Assembly (NCBI GenBank): GCA_951406725.2 | Contig: OX597821.1 | Location: forward strand, 84,072,001 to 84,136,000 | Source: Octopus vulgaris | Taxonomy: Eukaryota | Length of the DNA stretch: 64,000 nucleotides | Direction: 5' to 3' | Shown: positions 39,695 to 52,695 of the stretch, in pieces | Layout: every line of letters starts with the position of its first letter | Numbering within the stretch: the stretch's first letter is position 1 | The notes under the pieces: model-generated | Databases searched by the model: none | What the model was told of the DNA's origin: nothing | Seen by the model: the letters and a program-made list of their open reading frames with translations, nothing else | Program-made: the position numbers and the translations under genes

Positions 39695-39937
39695 GTTGTT
39701 TATTGGGGTGTTTTTCATTTGTTGCATTTGTTACTTTTTCTATCGCTCATTTGCCGAACCGCTAAGTTACGAGGATATAAACAAATTAAGAGTGGTCGCC
39801 CATTATGGTTTGTTAACCGGAAACTTAGAGGTTCGATAAAAGAGACCGATAGACTAGGTGCCAGGCTTTTAAAATGATAAGTTTTGGAGGTGATACCAAA
39901 AACTGAAACAAATAAAATAGACACACACACACACACA

Positions 39938-39986
<49 letters not shown>

Positions 39987-40037
39987 TCTCTCTCTCACAC
40001 ACACACACACACATATACATACACACACATACACACA

Positions 40038-40255
40038 TGAGAGGTTGTTTAAAAGTTCCAGGTTTTGGGTAAAAGAAAATACATGAGGATCAGTTAATTA
40101 TGAATTTATTTAACATATGCCCCCCCCCTCAGATTTACACATTTACTGCAGCGGCCCTTCAGTTTTTCTAAGCCTTGTAAAAGAACTCGGGAGGTTGGGC
40201 CTTCTGTCAGGCCTTTCGCAACACCCTTAAAGTCAGGAACTTTTCAGCACCACCT
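40038..40255. mobile_element. Mariner-derived MITE (degenerate)
   Basis: Imperfect TIRs GAGGTTGTTTAAAAGTTCC / GGAACTTTTCAGCACCACCT. Confidence 0.6.
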
Positions 40256-40787
40256 TTCATTTTCCGTCTACCAAATTTACTCACAAGTCTTTGGTCCAGC
40301 CGAGGTTATAGTGAAAGACATTGCCCAAGGCGCTACGCAGTGGGATTGAACCCGGAACCAAATGGTTGGGAAGTAAACTTCTTACCACCTAACCATATGG
40401 AATAATTAAATTACTGTCGTACGAGTGGTCTCCCGGTCTGTAGAAAATTTTGTCTTACGTGGGACCGGTCCCTGGCGCAAAAGCGTTTTGGGGAAGGGCC
40501 GCTGCTGGAGCACACCTAGGGATATCGATTACGTCATGAAGTGTCTCCAGAACGGGAAGGAACGTTACTAAGATTCCTGCAATGCATTGTTATAAAATTT
40601 TCTATTGTTACGGCCATAAATTTAAAGGGGACAGGCATGTAGGCAATTCTCATTTTATCATGAAAGGCCAAGAAAATGAGGAAGTAATTAAAAGTAAACC
40701 AAATAAAGGCGTTGTAAATATAATTGCGGTGAGGAAAAGGGGAAAAAAAAGAAAAGAAATATATATATTAAAACATTGACATTTCAA

Positions 40788-41250
40788 GCGTAGGCGTGAC
40801 TGTGTGGTAAGCGATTTGCCTCCCAACCACATAATTCCGGATCCAATCCCATGGCGTGGCACGCTGGGGTAGTTTCAGCTACTACAGCCTCGAGCCGACC
40901 AAGGAATTGTGAGTGGATTTCGTAGATGAAAACTAAAAGAAACTCACCGTATACACACACACATATATATTCTTTTATTCTTTTACTTGTTTCAGTCGTT
41001 TGAGTGTGGCCATGCTGGAGCACCGCCTTTAGTCGAGCAAATCGACCCCAGGACTTATTTTTTGTAAGCCTAGTACTATCGGTCTCTTTTGCCGAACTGC
41101 TAAGTTACGGGGACGTAAGAAGCCAATAGAACAAGTACCAGGCTTAAAAAAAGAAAACAAAAAGGTACTTGGGTTGATTCGTTCGACTAAAATTTTTCAA
41201 GGTGCTGCCCCAGCATGGCCGCAGTCAAATAAGTGAAACAAATAAAAGAT
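40788..41250. mobile_element. Nested CORE-type SINE fragments in both orientations
   Basis: Plus-strand head, minus-strand tail and plus-strand tail. Confidence 0.75.
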
Positions 41251-41739
41251 GAAAAGTGCATATTAAAATTTCGACGTTTCAGCCCCATGCTCCTTGTTCT
41301 CTCATCTCAAGTGTATATATATATATCTCTTATTATAAAAGGCAGATTTTATCTGCCTCCCTTTGGGAGTTATACAAATCTACAATATAGTATTTCTTCA
41401 ATTACAATTTACCTTGCATTTTTAAGAGTACAATGCATCGCGTCATGCCAGGTCCAGTTTTTAAAATTTAAACTCCAGTTAAGCAAAATTTACAGAAAAC
41501 TCACATTCTGGTGTGTGTGTCAAATGCTTTTCTTAGTCTGGTTTACAGCACACGCAAACGCACACACACAGTGGGCAACGAATAAAATGAAAGTAATTGA
41601 CTTACTGTAGTGAGTGATTCTTTCACTCTGCCTCCCACTTCCTCTTTCCACACAGACACGCAAATATATAAATAAAATTGTAAGCTAACGTGCGTGTGTG
41701 TGAGTGGGTGTGTGGGTGTGCGCGTGTGTGTGTGTGAGG

Positions 41740-41774
<35 letters not shown>

Positions 41775-41832
41775 AGTGTGTGACAGGAAAGTTTTTTACG
41801 ACGAATATAACACCTATATCCAAGTAGCAGAA

Positions 41833-42312
41833 AGATAAGACAGTAAGGTGTGATTTGAGGGAGATTTGGCTGCTATTTCTACTATGTCTAGCTGCCATGT
41901 AGGGGTCTCCCTCATAGGCTCATACATACATATATACATAGATAAGACAGTAAGGTGTGATTTGGGGGAAATTTGGCTGCTATTTCTACCAGGTCTAGCT
42001 GCCATGTAGGGGTCTCCCTCATAGGCTCATACATACATATATACATAGATAAGACAGTAAGGTGTGATTTGGGGGAAATTTGGCTGCTATTTCTACCAGG
42101 TCTAGCTGCCATGTAGGGGTCTCCCTCATAGGCTCATACATACATATATACATAGATAAGACAGTAAGGTGTGATTTGGGGGAAATTTGGCTGCTATTTC
42201 TACCAGGTCTAGCTACCATGTAGAGGTCCCCCTCATTGGCTCATATATATATACATACATAAGACAGTAAGGTGTGATTTGAGGGAGATTTGGCTGCTGT
42301 TTCTACCAGGTC
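41833..42312. repeat. 107-bp tandem minisatellite, ~4.5 copies
   Basis: Units start near 41833, 41940, 42047, 42154 and 42259. Confidence 0.97.
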
Positions 42313-42674
42313 TGTTAGGCCTTCTCATGTAAACTCAAGCTTTCTCATGCCTTGAACATAAGACCAAAGCAGAGAATGTATTCTTTTATTCTTCTGCTTT
42401 TTCCAGCCATTGGTCTGTGGCCATGCTGGGGCAATGCCTTGAAGAATTGTAGTTTAATGAATCAACTCGTTTTATTTTTGTAAGCATTGTACTTATTCTA
42501 TCTGTTTCCTTTGTCAAACCACTAGGTGACAGGGATGTAAACAAACCAACATTCGTTGTCAAGCAGTGGTGGAGGACAATCACAAGCACAGACACGCACA
42601 TACACACACATACATGCATACACATATACACACATACATACATACATATATATATATATGTGTGTATATATATA

Positions 42675-42997
42675 TTGCAGCGTGGAAGGTGTTTGTAAGC
42701 CATTTAAGAAACACACAAAAACCGTTACATTTACTTCAACATTTAAATTTAATTTGCCAAAATATTTTCGTCGCTTTGAGACCGCGACCTGTTCACTGAC
42801 AAAAATATCGTGCTAACAGGTCGCGGTCTCAAAGCGATGAAAATATTTTGACAAATTAAATTTAAATGTTGAAGTGAATCTAACGGTTTTTGTGTGTTTC
42901 TTAAATGGCTTATAAACACCTTCAACGCTGCAACTGTTTTCGTTCCAGCACACGATCTCAGATCAAGTCACTTGCTATGCAAGTACATCTCTGTAAC
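42675..42997. mobile_element. Palindromic element (119-bp arms, 21-nt spacer); Penelope-like inverted pseudo-LTR
   Basis: Arms 42675-42793 and 42815-42933; flanked by (TA)n; contains a hammerhead variant. Confidence 0.75.
42753..42803 (-). ncRNA. Type I hammerhead variant with G3-C8 core
   Basis: tttgtca-GTGAACA-G-GTCGC-ggtctcaaa-GCGAC-GAAA-atat-TT-tggcaaa. Confidence 0.65.
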
Positions 42998-43095
42998 TAT
43001 ATATATATTTATATATATATATATATGTATATTGGTAAAAACAGTAAGATAACAAAAGAAAGAAAGAGACCTCAATATTATGTAAATAGAGGAAA

Positions 43096-43490
43096 TCTTT
43101 ATATATAAAAGTGAGGTTGTGTGTCTGTCTCCTACGATTTAGATTCCTAACTACTCCCACATTTTGCGGTGCAGTTTAACCAAAACCGGGTATCTTATAG
43201 TCGTGATTCATATCGAGACCGTCTGGGTATTAGCGCGCGTCTACGATGAGTCTACGATTTAAAAAAAAAATTACCATCAATTTTTCCCATTTTTAATCCA
43301 TTTTTGACATATATAAGGGAAGTAACTCTCTAAAATTTATTATTAAATCTCAGAACGTAAAAAGCTACAGTAACACCCCTCCCCCTTTGTGGTTAGCCAT
43401 ATTGAGATGGCTATTATACTTTACATCTCTAAAAATGCTTATATAATTATTTCCCTTACAAACCCGAGCGACGCCGGGCGATACTGCTAG
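43096..43490 (+). mobile_element. Non-autonomous Helitron
   Basis: A|TC...TATATAAAA start, 3' hairpin CCCGAGCGACGCCGGG, CTAG|T end, no TSD. Confidence 0.85.
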
Positions 43491-43502
43491 TATATATATA
43501 AA

Positions 43503-43668
43503 AGGCGCAGGAGTGGCTGTGTGGTAAGTAGCTTGTTTACCATGGTTCCGGGTTCAGTCCCACTGCGTGGCACCTTGGGCAAGTGTCTTCTACTATAGCC
43601 TCGGGCCGACCAAAGCCTTGTGAGTGGATTTGGTAGACGGAAACTGAAAGAAGCCTGTCGTATGTATG

Positions 43669-43740
<72 letters not shown>

Positions 43741-43947
43741 TTGTGTGTCTGTGTTTGTCCCCTAGCATTGCTTGACAACCGATGCTGGTGTATTTACGTC
43801 CCCGTAACTTAGCGGTTCGGCGAAAGGAACCGATAGAATAAGTACTGGGCTTACAAAGAATAAGTCCTGGGGTCGATTTGTTCGACTAAAGGCGGTGCTC
43901 CAGCATGGCCGCAGTCAAATGACTGAAACAAGTAAAAGAGTAAAAAG
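43503..43947 (+). mobile_element. CORE-type SINE, full length
   Basis: Matches the family consensus. Confidence 0.9.
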
Positions 43948-45149
43948 TTAATATATACACTTAGTTAAGTCTCGGCCAGAATTGGCTCAGGCCATTTCTA
44001 ACTCGATGGCACTACCTGTAAAAGATGATGTTTCACGTTACAGTAATTCTTGGGGCACCATAGTCCATTCGAGGGAAGAAGTTATTGTCTGCAGAGATAT
44101 ATACGGGTGTTAGGTGGTGTTATCTGGAATTTGTTGGAGATATTCGTCCAGAACGTTTTTGAATGACATGAAATCTTTTACTTGTGTTATGTGTCATGAC
44201 ATAATAATGTTTAAAGAGAACAGTGCCAGTTGAGGTGAAATAGTTTTGTTTTAGTGTTGCGATGTGACGCGAAACATGAAGAAGACGGATGGCACGATGA
44301 GCTTCCTTTGATTTTTTTCCCGCCAACCAAATTCACTCGCAAGATATTGTTCGGGTCGGGGCAAAAGCGGAAGACACATGCCCAAGCTGTTACACGGTGG
44401 GACTGGCTAAAGTGAACCCGAGACCACACGGTTGCTAAACGAAACTTCTTCACCACACAGACATGCCAGTATATTTCTTAAAGGCTAATCATTGGTTCAA
44501 AGCATTATTGACGACAAACGTAACAATAGGAAGCCTTTGAAAAGTAAATAACATACCGACGCTCGAAAAAATATGTGAAGGGTTTCGTTAGTAAAAACAA
44601 CAATTTTTTTTCGGTTTTCTCGGATGCTTATCTCCATCACAAGTTCTAACATTGTACAATAGCGAAAGATATGCGCACACATGCATCTCAGAAACATGCC
44701 GTCTGATTGAACACAAAGTAAACAGTGCATACCCAGGTTAAAACTATAAATATTAAATGATTTCCACTTCATTCTAAAAATGCTAATTTCATGCATAGAA
44801 TTCAGTATATAATTTAGTAAATGGCTTATATTTTGATGTCAGACAGGTACAATTTCCGTTGCTTTTAAAGTTGAATGTATATATTAACGCGTAACGATAT
44901 TAACTATACGTGCCATTAGTTTCGGGCTGCAGACTGTATTAAATATAATGTCGTGTCGGAATAAATTATTCTGTTTTTGTTCGGCCTCATAAGAGAGCAA
45001 GGAGTGGGAATGTGCTTGTGTGTATTACAATACGCGTGCGTGCGCCTCTAATGATTGAGCTAATTTTAAGGAACGTTTTTATTTCATGTGATAGTTTATA
45101 ATAGACATAATGTGTGTGTGCGTGCGTGTGAGGTGTGTGCCTGTATGCG

Positions 45150-45361
<212 letters not shown>

Positions 45362-45561
45362 TACACACACACACATGTATATAGACACGGTTGTATAGAT
45401 AAAAAGCTCGCTTTTCAAGCACATGGTTTGAAATTCAGCCTCACTTGCGAAGTATTTTGGGCAAGTGACTTCTACAGTAGCTCCGTACCGACCTATATTC
45501 ACTATATGAGTGAATTTCGTACACGGTAGCTGTGTAAGAAGTATGTTGTCTATATATATAT

Positions 45562-45750
45562 AATACAAAATGGGACAAGAACGCAAAATGGGACAACAAA
45601 ACATCCAGATAGACGATACAAAAAACACGGACGGGTCATTCGAAGCCTTTTATCTTCAGTCAAGAACCGGATCATCCTTGCAATTTCGGCTGATTACGTT
45701 TATCTGGATGTTTTGCTGTCCCGTTTTGCATTCTTGTCCCATTTTGTATT
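45562..45750. mobile_element. Inverted-repeat element (54-bp arms) beside (TA)n
   Basis: AATACAAAATGGGACAAGAA.../...TTCTTGTCCCATTTTGTATT; spacer similar to 34500-34565. Confidence 0.65.
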
Positions 45751-45751
45751 T

Positions 45752-45753
<2 letters not shown>

Positions 45754-45816
<63 letters not shown>

Positions 45817-46062
45817 TGAGAATGTGTGTCTGTCTATCTGTCTGTCTGTCTGTCTGTGTGTTTCCCTAAAACTTGAGAACTACACAACCAATTTCATTCA
45901 AATTTTACACATGTCTTACTTAGGGTCCATGTAGTGTCATGGGCAAAAACATTTCTAACTTCTTGCCTAGGGCGAGACCACAGCAATATCATATCTTCTC
46001 CACTATTTCAGTCTTACGTGTTAAAAGTGAAACAAAGACATCTCTCTATTGTATGTATATGG

Positions 46063-46122
<60 letters not shown>

Positions 46123-46203
46123 ATATATAGCTGTATATGTATACATGTATATGTATAGCTGTATATGTATAGATGTATTTCTATAGATATACATATATGT
46201 CTA

Positions 46204-46241
<38 letters not shown>

Positions 46242-46733
46242 TGTACAAGTAATATGCACACATATATATATGCATACATATATACACCCATACACACATA
46301 CACACACACACACCCGCACACACACACATACATAAGTGCAGGTGTGGCTGTGTGGTAACAAACTTGGTTCCAAAACACATGGTCTTCAGTTCAGTCCCAC
46401 TGTGTGGTAACTCGGCATGTGTCTTCTGCTAGAGCCTGAGACCAACCAAAGCCTGGTCAGTGGATTTTGTAGACAGAAACTGAAAGAAATCAATTGTATG
46501 TATATGTATATATATATGTAAGTCTATGTGTGTGTCTTTGTGTTTCTCCCTCATCACTGCTTCACAACTGGTGTTCGTTTATTTACATCCTCATAACTTA
46601 CTGGTTTCACAAGAAGAAACTGATAGAATAAGTACCAGGCTTATTAAAATATAAAAAAGCACTACGAAATGTCTCATATTTTTGTTTGCCCACTCAGTTG
46701 TATCTATCAATTTATCTTTGTGTGTGCGCGCGA

Positions 46734-46769
<36 letters not shown>

Positions 46770-46822
46770 ACATATACATATATACATATATGTACACACA
46801 CACACACACACATATATATATG

Positions 46823-46854
<32 letters not shown>

Positions 46855-47385
46855 TATATATATAACATAGTTTTTGAACCGGTACTTCAAGTAACGACTA
46901 GGGTAGGGTAACTGACTGCTTATTGTGATAATTCGTCTTTTGGTTTCCTGTAGCTTTGCTCTCTTTTACAATCCCAGTGAACATATATTTCCTATTTCAA
47001 AGAAATTCAAATAATAGATATAAGACGCAAGTTAAAAAGATTTTCAACAATTCAACTTCTCTGGTTGACATTAAGATACCCACCCCCAACAGGGGCCTTA
47101 ACTCTCACATTTTAGAGCTCCATGACCTTCATTTTTTAGGAGCAAAATCTTTTTAACAGGTTCAATATGACTTGAATTTTGGAATATGCGCATAAAAATC
47201 AGTAGTATGGGATACATGTGGCACGATTACAAATATTTTAGGGTGTGTAAAGAGGGAAATAACCCTCATCTGCAACTTTGATGAAATTCGAAACATAGAT
47301 ATTCTAGTTCATTACAGAAATTATACAACAGAAAAGTCTAATTCTTCAATTGAATGTAACCGGGCAACGCCGGGTATCTCTGCTA

Positions 47386-47386
<1 letters not shown>
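45754..47386 (+). mobile_element. Helitron-like element with nested SINE (46336-46660)
   Basis: 5' TC..(TA)nAAAA-(TGTC)n start; 3' CCGGGCAACGCCGGG hairpin and CTAG|T. That both ends belong to one element is inferred. Confidence 0.6.
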
Positions 47387-47430
<44 letters not shown>

Positions 47431-47431
<1 letters not shown>

Positions 47432-47990
47432 CGGAAGCTTTATGAAAATAAACAAAGACGAAGGCAGGTGGAAAACAAACGAACAATTGTATTAGTATGG
47501 CGCTCAGAAATATAAATAAAACAAGTCTTTAACGTTTCGAGCCTACGCTCTTCAACAGAAAGATACACAGAGAGAAAAACACAGAAAGGAGAGAAAAAAT
47601 GCGTGCAGTAGCTAACGAATCAACATGGCGATCTGATTTCGGCCAGAGGTCAAAGATCAAACATGAGACGCGAGAGCGAAATAAGGGAGATAATAGGGTT
47701 GATAAAAGGGTTGAGGGACCAGCTAAAAGTGCGTGGGAGGGGTCTGGATGTGTGTATGTATAGGGTTGGTGTATGTATTAGTATGTATAGGTGTGTGTGT
47801 GTGTGTGTGTATGAGAGAGTATTAGTGCATAGGATTGGTCTGGACGTGCGTATGTATGGGGTTGGTGTATGTATTAGTATGTATTAGTATGTATTAGTAC
47901 GTATTAGTATGTATAGGTGTGTGTGTGAGAGAGTATAAGTGCGTATGCGGGGTCTGGACGTGTGTATGTATAGGGTTGGTGTGATTAGTA
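47431..47990 (-). mobile_element. Penelope-like pseudo-LTR fragment with minimal hammerhead motif (47526-47563) and three tandem subrepeats
   Basis: Homologous to 7238-7420; tcttt-CTGTTGA-A-GAGC-gtag-GCTC-GAAA-CG-TT-aaaga. Confidence 0.65.
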
Positions 47991-48070
47991 TGTACACACA
48001 CACACATATGTGATGTGATATATATATATATACACACACACACACACGTAAATACATACATTCATGTATG

Positions 48071-48408
48071 CTGCTGAGAACCCCTTCGGTCATGACAGAC
48101 CATGGGATTGCACATTGAAAATTACCCTCTCAGGCACAAGTCTGGCCAAGGTTGTTTATGGAAGGCCAGTAGTTGCCCATGTATACCGGCTTCCCCTCTT
48201 CACGCCACCAGTGTTATCCAAGGGAAAGGCAAAGGCCGATACTGCTTGGCACCAGTGACGTTGCAACTCATCTCTACAACTGAGTGAACTGGAGCAACTT
48301 GAAATAAAGTGTCTTGCTCAAGAACGCAACACGCAGCCTCGTCCGGGATTCGAACTCACAATCTCACGATCGTAAGCACGACGCTCTAACCATTGAGCCA
48401 TGTGCCTT
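48071..48408 (-). mobile_element. tRNA-derived SINE with RTE-like body and tail
   Basis: A-box TGGCTCAATGGTTAG and B-box GAGTTCGAATCCC; head related to the 5620 family, 3' part different. Confidence 0.8.
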
Positions 48409-50030
48409 CACACATACATTCATGTATACATACATACATACATACATACATACATACATACATACATACACACATACATACATACATACATACATACATA
48501 CATACATACATACATACATACATACATACATACACACATATAATATAATATAAATAATATACATATGCATATATATATATGCATATGTGGGCACAGGACG
48601 TCAGGGAACGTAAACGACATAAAAAAAACGAAAACATGAGATATGTCCAAGCCTGCTTTTCCGTGTTCGCCACCTCACCTCATTTAGGCTTAGCAGCCCT
48701 TCCTGTTTGTTTTCACTGTCCTGCTTTTGTTACCAATTTTGACACTTTGCAAAATCCAAAATTTTGTTTAATTTGCTTTGCTGGAGTAACTGTTTTATCG
48801 AAGGCGTATCTTGTCATTTAATTGCTCGAAATACGGATTAGAAAAACAGCCGACAACTGATGAAGGGTCGTTCGTTATGTTACTTGTCTTGTTTTCCATT
48901 TGTTTCTTTCGTTGTTGCAAAATAAAAAAAATAAAAAATTCCATGTATTCGTATTTCGTATCTCATGTTTTCGTTTTTTTTATGCTGTTTACGTTCCGTG
49001 ACGTCCAGTGCCAATATGTATAGACGTATATATGTAAGTATGTACATATACGTATGTATATATATATTATTTATATTATTATGTGATTGAACACCACGCA
49101 CCCATTTCCGAGTAAGTTTTATCTTATTAATTCTGATAAGATTCTCTTCTATTCTACTACTCTTTCGTTTTTCTCTCTTCCTTTCTCAAAATTTTTTCTC
49201 CCCTTTCCCCCTCTCGTTTTTCCTCTCTTGTTCTTTCTCTAATTTTTCCTTTCCCTTTCGCTGTTCTCTATCTGTCACTCTCTCTCCCTCACTTTTCCTT
49301 CTTTGCTCTCTCGTAGCTCTCACCTGACCATCGGCCATCTTTCTTTTCCTAACTTGTGTTTCTTTCCTTCTGATTCAGCTGGACAAATCAGACGCATTCT
49401 TGTTTGTCTCCTGTCGAAACTTGCTTCTCCGCGTTCACCACCTCATCGCGTTTAGGCTTAGCAGTCCTTCCTATTTGTTTTCACTGTCCTGTTTTTGTTA
49501 CCAATTTTGACCCTACGCAAAATCTCAAATTTTATTTAATTTGCTTCGCGGAGCAACTGTTTTATCGAAGGCGTATCTTGTCATTTAATTGCTCGAAATA
49601 CGGATTAGAAAAACAGCTGACAACGACAACTGATGAAGGGTCGTTCGTTATGTTGCTTGCTTTGTTTTCCATTTGTTTCTTTCGTTGTTCATATTAAAAA
49701 AAAGTTCATATTCCATGTATTCGTATATATATATATATATATATATATATAAGTATGAACATATACGTATGCATATATGCATATATATATATATATTATC
49801 TATATTATTATATGATTGAACGGCACGCATTCATTTCCAAGTAAGTTTTATCTATCTATCTCTCTATATATAATTTTTTTCAGAATGAGATAAAAAACCA
49901 AGGCTGTGAAGATTTTAGAACACTTATAAATAAAAGGTGCTACAGCTGTTTCCATGATATTTATTATATTCCTTCATCGGAGACGGTGTGAGAAAATGGT
50001 TAAGCAATAGTTAATTTAGATATCTTCCGA

Positions 50031-50086
<56 letters not shown>

Positions 50087-50712
50087 CTAAATGAGGGTGA
50101 AAAATTAGATATTAATTTGATAATACCATCAATTTAACACCAAGTGGCTTAGCACAATACAAATTTATACATAAATATAAGAGAGTTACCGCTAAGTGGT
50201 TAACTCTAGTGTTAAAAATAGCTCCTTTTTCTGGTATAGCCACTAAAAGTTGTTTCCAATAAGAAATAACATTACATTCAACGTAAGGAAAGTGAAACTC
50301 TTTTATATTTAAGTATATATATGTATATATATTTTGGCCTGCTCGCTTAGCCAGCGGGGTGGCGTCATTCGAAGGCTAAAACAATGCGAACGCATTGTGA
50401 CCAGCGATGTGTAACAACATCTGATGGTCTGGTCGGTCACGTGATCACGTGATATATATATATATTTAAATTTTATTTGTTAGGGAATAAAAATTCCGGC
50501 ATAACGTGTTTCATGAGGTACATTCCCCAGTTCCTAAACCCCAATCATCAGGCCCTTATATCACTTTATCATTGTACAATACAATAAACTATATCTTAAT
50601 TTTTTTAAAGTATGTGTAGAATAGGTATGTTTAAATTAGGTTCGCTGGATCCTACAGTACAAGCCATAATTCAGATAAAAATTCGAATAAAAAGTTACAA
50701 AAATAAAATAAG

Positions 50713-50759
<47 letters not shown>

Positions 50760-50974
50760 TAAAAAAATATACGACACTTTACAAAAACTATGTTAGTTTT
50801 TTTTTGGGGGGGGGGTACATTTTAAGAAGGGTTTCAGAAAAACACGGAATGGTTTAGGAACCGGGAAATGTACCTCATGAAACACGTGTAGTCAAGTTAT
50901 AAAACAGTAGGTATTTAAAATAAAAATTGTTTTTTATATGGTGAGATGTAGGAGCATCTCTAAATTAATATATA

Positions 50975-52341
50975 TGGTCGGAAGCTGTTTATAATATTTC
51001 CATTCTACAAACTACACAGTCCAAGTGAAATTGGGAGAAAAATCAGAGAAAAGAACTTTATTAATAAATTCCAACCCAGCTAAATAAACAATAATTACCA
51101 ATACTAAAAGATACTATTTCTACTGCTACGACCACTACCAACTTTGTCTCACTTTCTCGCTTAATTTACAGTCTTATCATAATATAGTATCCGATATTTT
51201 AAAATAATGAAATGATAGAATATTAAACATCCATTCTGATTGATTAGGTACTTTCATTCATCAAACTATGCAATCTTCAGGTTCATGTAGTAATGGTGAC
51301 AGTTATGTTTTACAACTTACATCTGTAGTGAAATGGCTAAACTGTGTGCCTTAAATACATTTGTATAGACTCCAGAATGTTAAGTTTTGCAGACTGTATT
51401 CTGACTAATACTCTTTTACTTGTTTCAGTCATTTGACTGCGGCCATGCTGGAGCACAGCCTTTAGTCGAGCAAATCGACCCCGGGACTTATTCTTTTGTA
51501 AGCCCAGTACTTATTCTATCGGTCTCTTTTGCCGAACCGCTAAGTGACGGGAACATAAACACACCAGCATCGGTTGTCAAGCAATGCTAGGGGACAAACA
51601 CACACACGCATATATATACATATATACGACGGGCTTCTTTCAGTTTCCGTCTACCAAATCCACTCACAAGGCTTTGGTCGGCCCGAGGCTATAGTAGAAG
51701 ACACTTACCCAAGGTGCCACGCAGTGGGACTGAACCCGGAACCATGCGGTTGGTAGACAAGCTACTTACCACACAGCCACTCCTGCGCCTAATCAGTGTG
51801 TGGCTTTACTAAATTACTGAAGTTGCTTGGTGTTTGGTTTAGGCGTCACGGTTTGTTGAACATGTCAAGAAACCTGTATTTTGACCCTGGCCAAAGCAGT
51901 AATTGTTGGACTACTTTTAGAAATGTAAACAACATTTCCCAGGGATTTTTACATTTCAATTATCACCATCACCATTATCATCTCCTTTATTATTGTTGTC
52001 GTCGTCGTCGTCGTCGTTGTTGTTGTTGTTGGTGGTGGTGGTGGTAGGAGTAGTTGTGGAAATAGAACTTTAAACCTCAAAATAAGATTATATTTACGGA
52101 CCTTTCTCTTGGCTTAGCTAGTATTTTCCTGTTCTCCTTATTATGAGCACCTTTAGTATTAGCTGTTGCTGTTAGTGGTTAGTGATCGTAGCAGTAGAAA
52201 TAGTATCTTTTAGTATTAGTATTATTGTTTATTTAGCTTGGGTTGGAATTTATTAATATAGTTCTTTTCTCAGATTTTTCTCTCAATTTCACTTGGACTG
52301 TGTAGTTTGTAGAATGGAAATATTTTAATATCTTCCGACTA
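50975..52341. mobile_element. Element with ~170-bp inverted terminal arms, TA-flanked
   Basis: 50975-51143 is the reverse complement of about 52172-52341. Confidence 0.75.
51409..51792 (-). mobile_element. CORE-type SINE nested in the inverted-arm element
   Basis: Matches the family consensus. Confidence 0.9.
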
Positions 52342-52344
52342 TAT

Positions 52345-52695
52345 ACTCTTTTACTCATTTACTTGTTTCAGTCATTTGACTGTGGCTATGCTGGAGCACC
52401 GCCTTTAGTCGAGCACATTGACCCCAGGACTTATTCTGTGTAAGTCTATCGGGCTCTTTTGACGAACCTCTAAGTTACGGGGACATAAACACACCACCAT
52501 CGGTTGTCAAGCGATGTTGGGGGGACAAACACAGACACACAAACATATACACGTACATATATATACATATATACGACGGGCTTCTTTCAGTTTCCGAAGC
52601 TATAGTAGAAGACACTTGCCCATGGTACCACGCAGTAAGACTGAATCCGGAACTATGTAGTTCGTAAGCAAGCTACTTACCACACAGCCACTCGT
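52345..52695 (-). mobile_element. CORE-type SINE (internal deletions)
   Basis: Matches the family consensus. Confidence 0.85.

Noticed and set aside
41270-41305. GAAA-CG-TC half-hammerhead on the minus strand (similar near 52965)
   Set aside because: No recognisable CUGANGA core; too degenerate to call.
41833-42312. CRISPR-like periodicity (also 35790-36295)
   Set aside because: Units are fully repeated or separated by microsatellite, with no unique spacers and no cas genes, in a eukaryotic context.
48857-48880. CTGATGAAGGG as the start of a type I hammerhead
   Set aside because: No downstream helix II closure or GAAA; kept only as the weak reversed-order motif.
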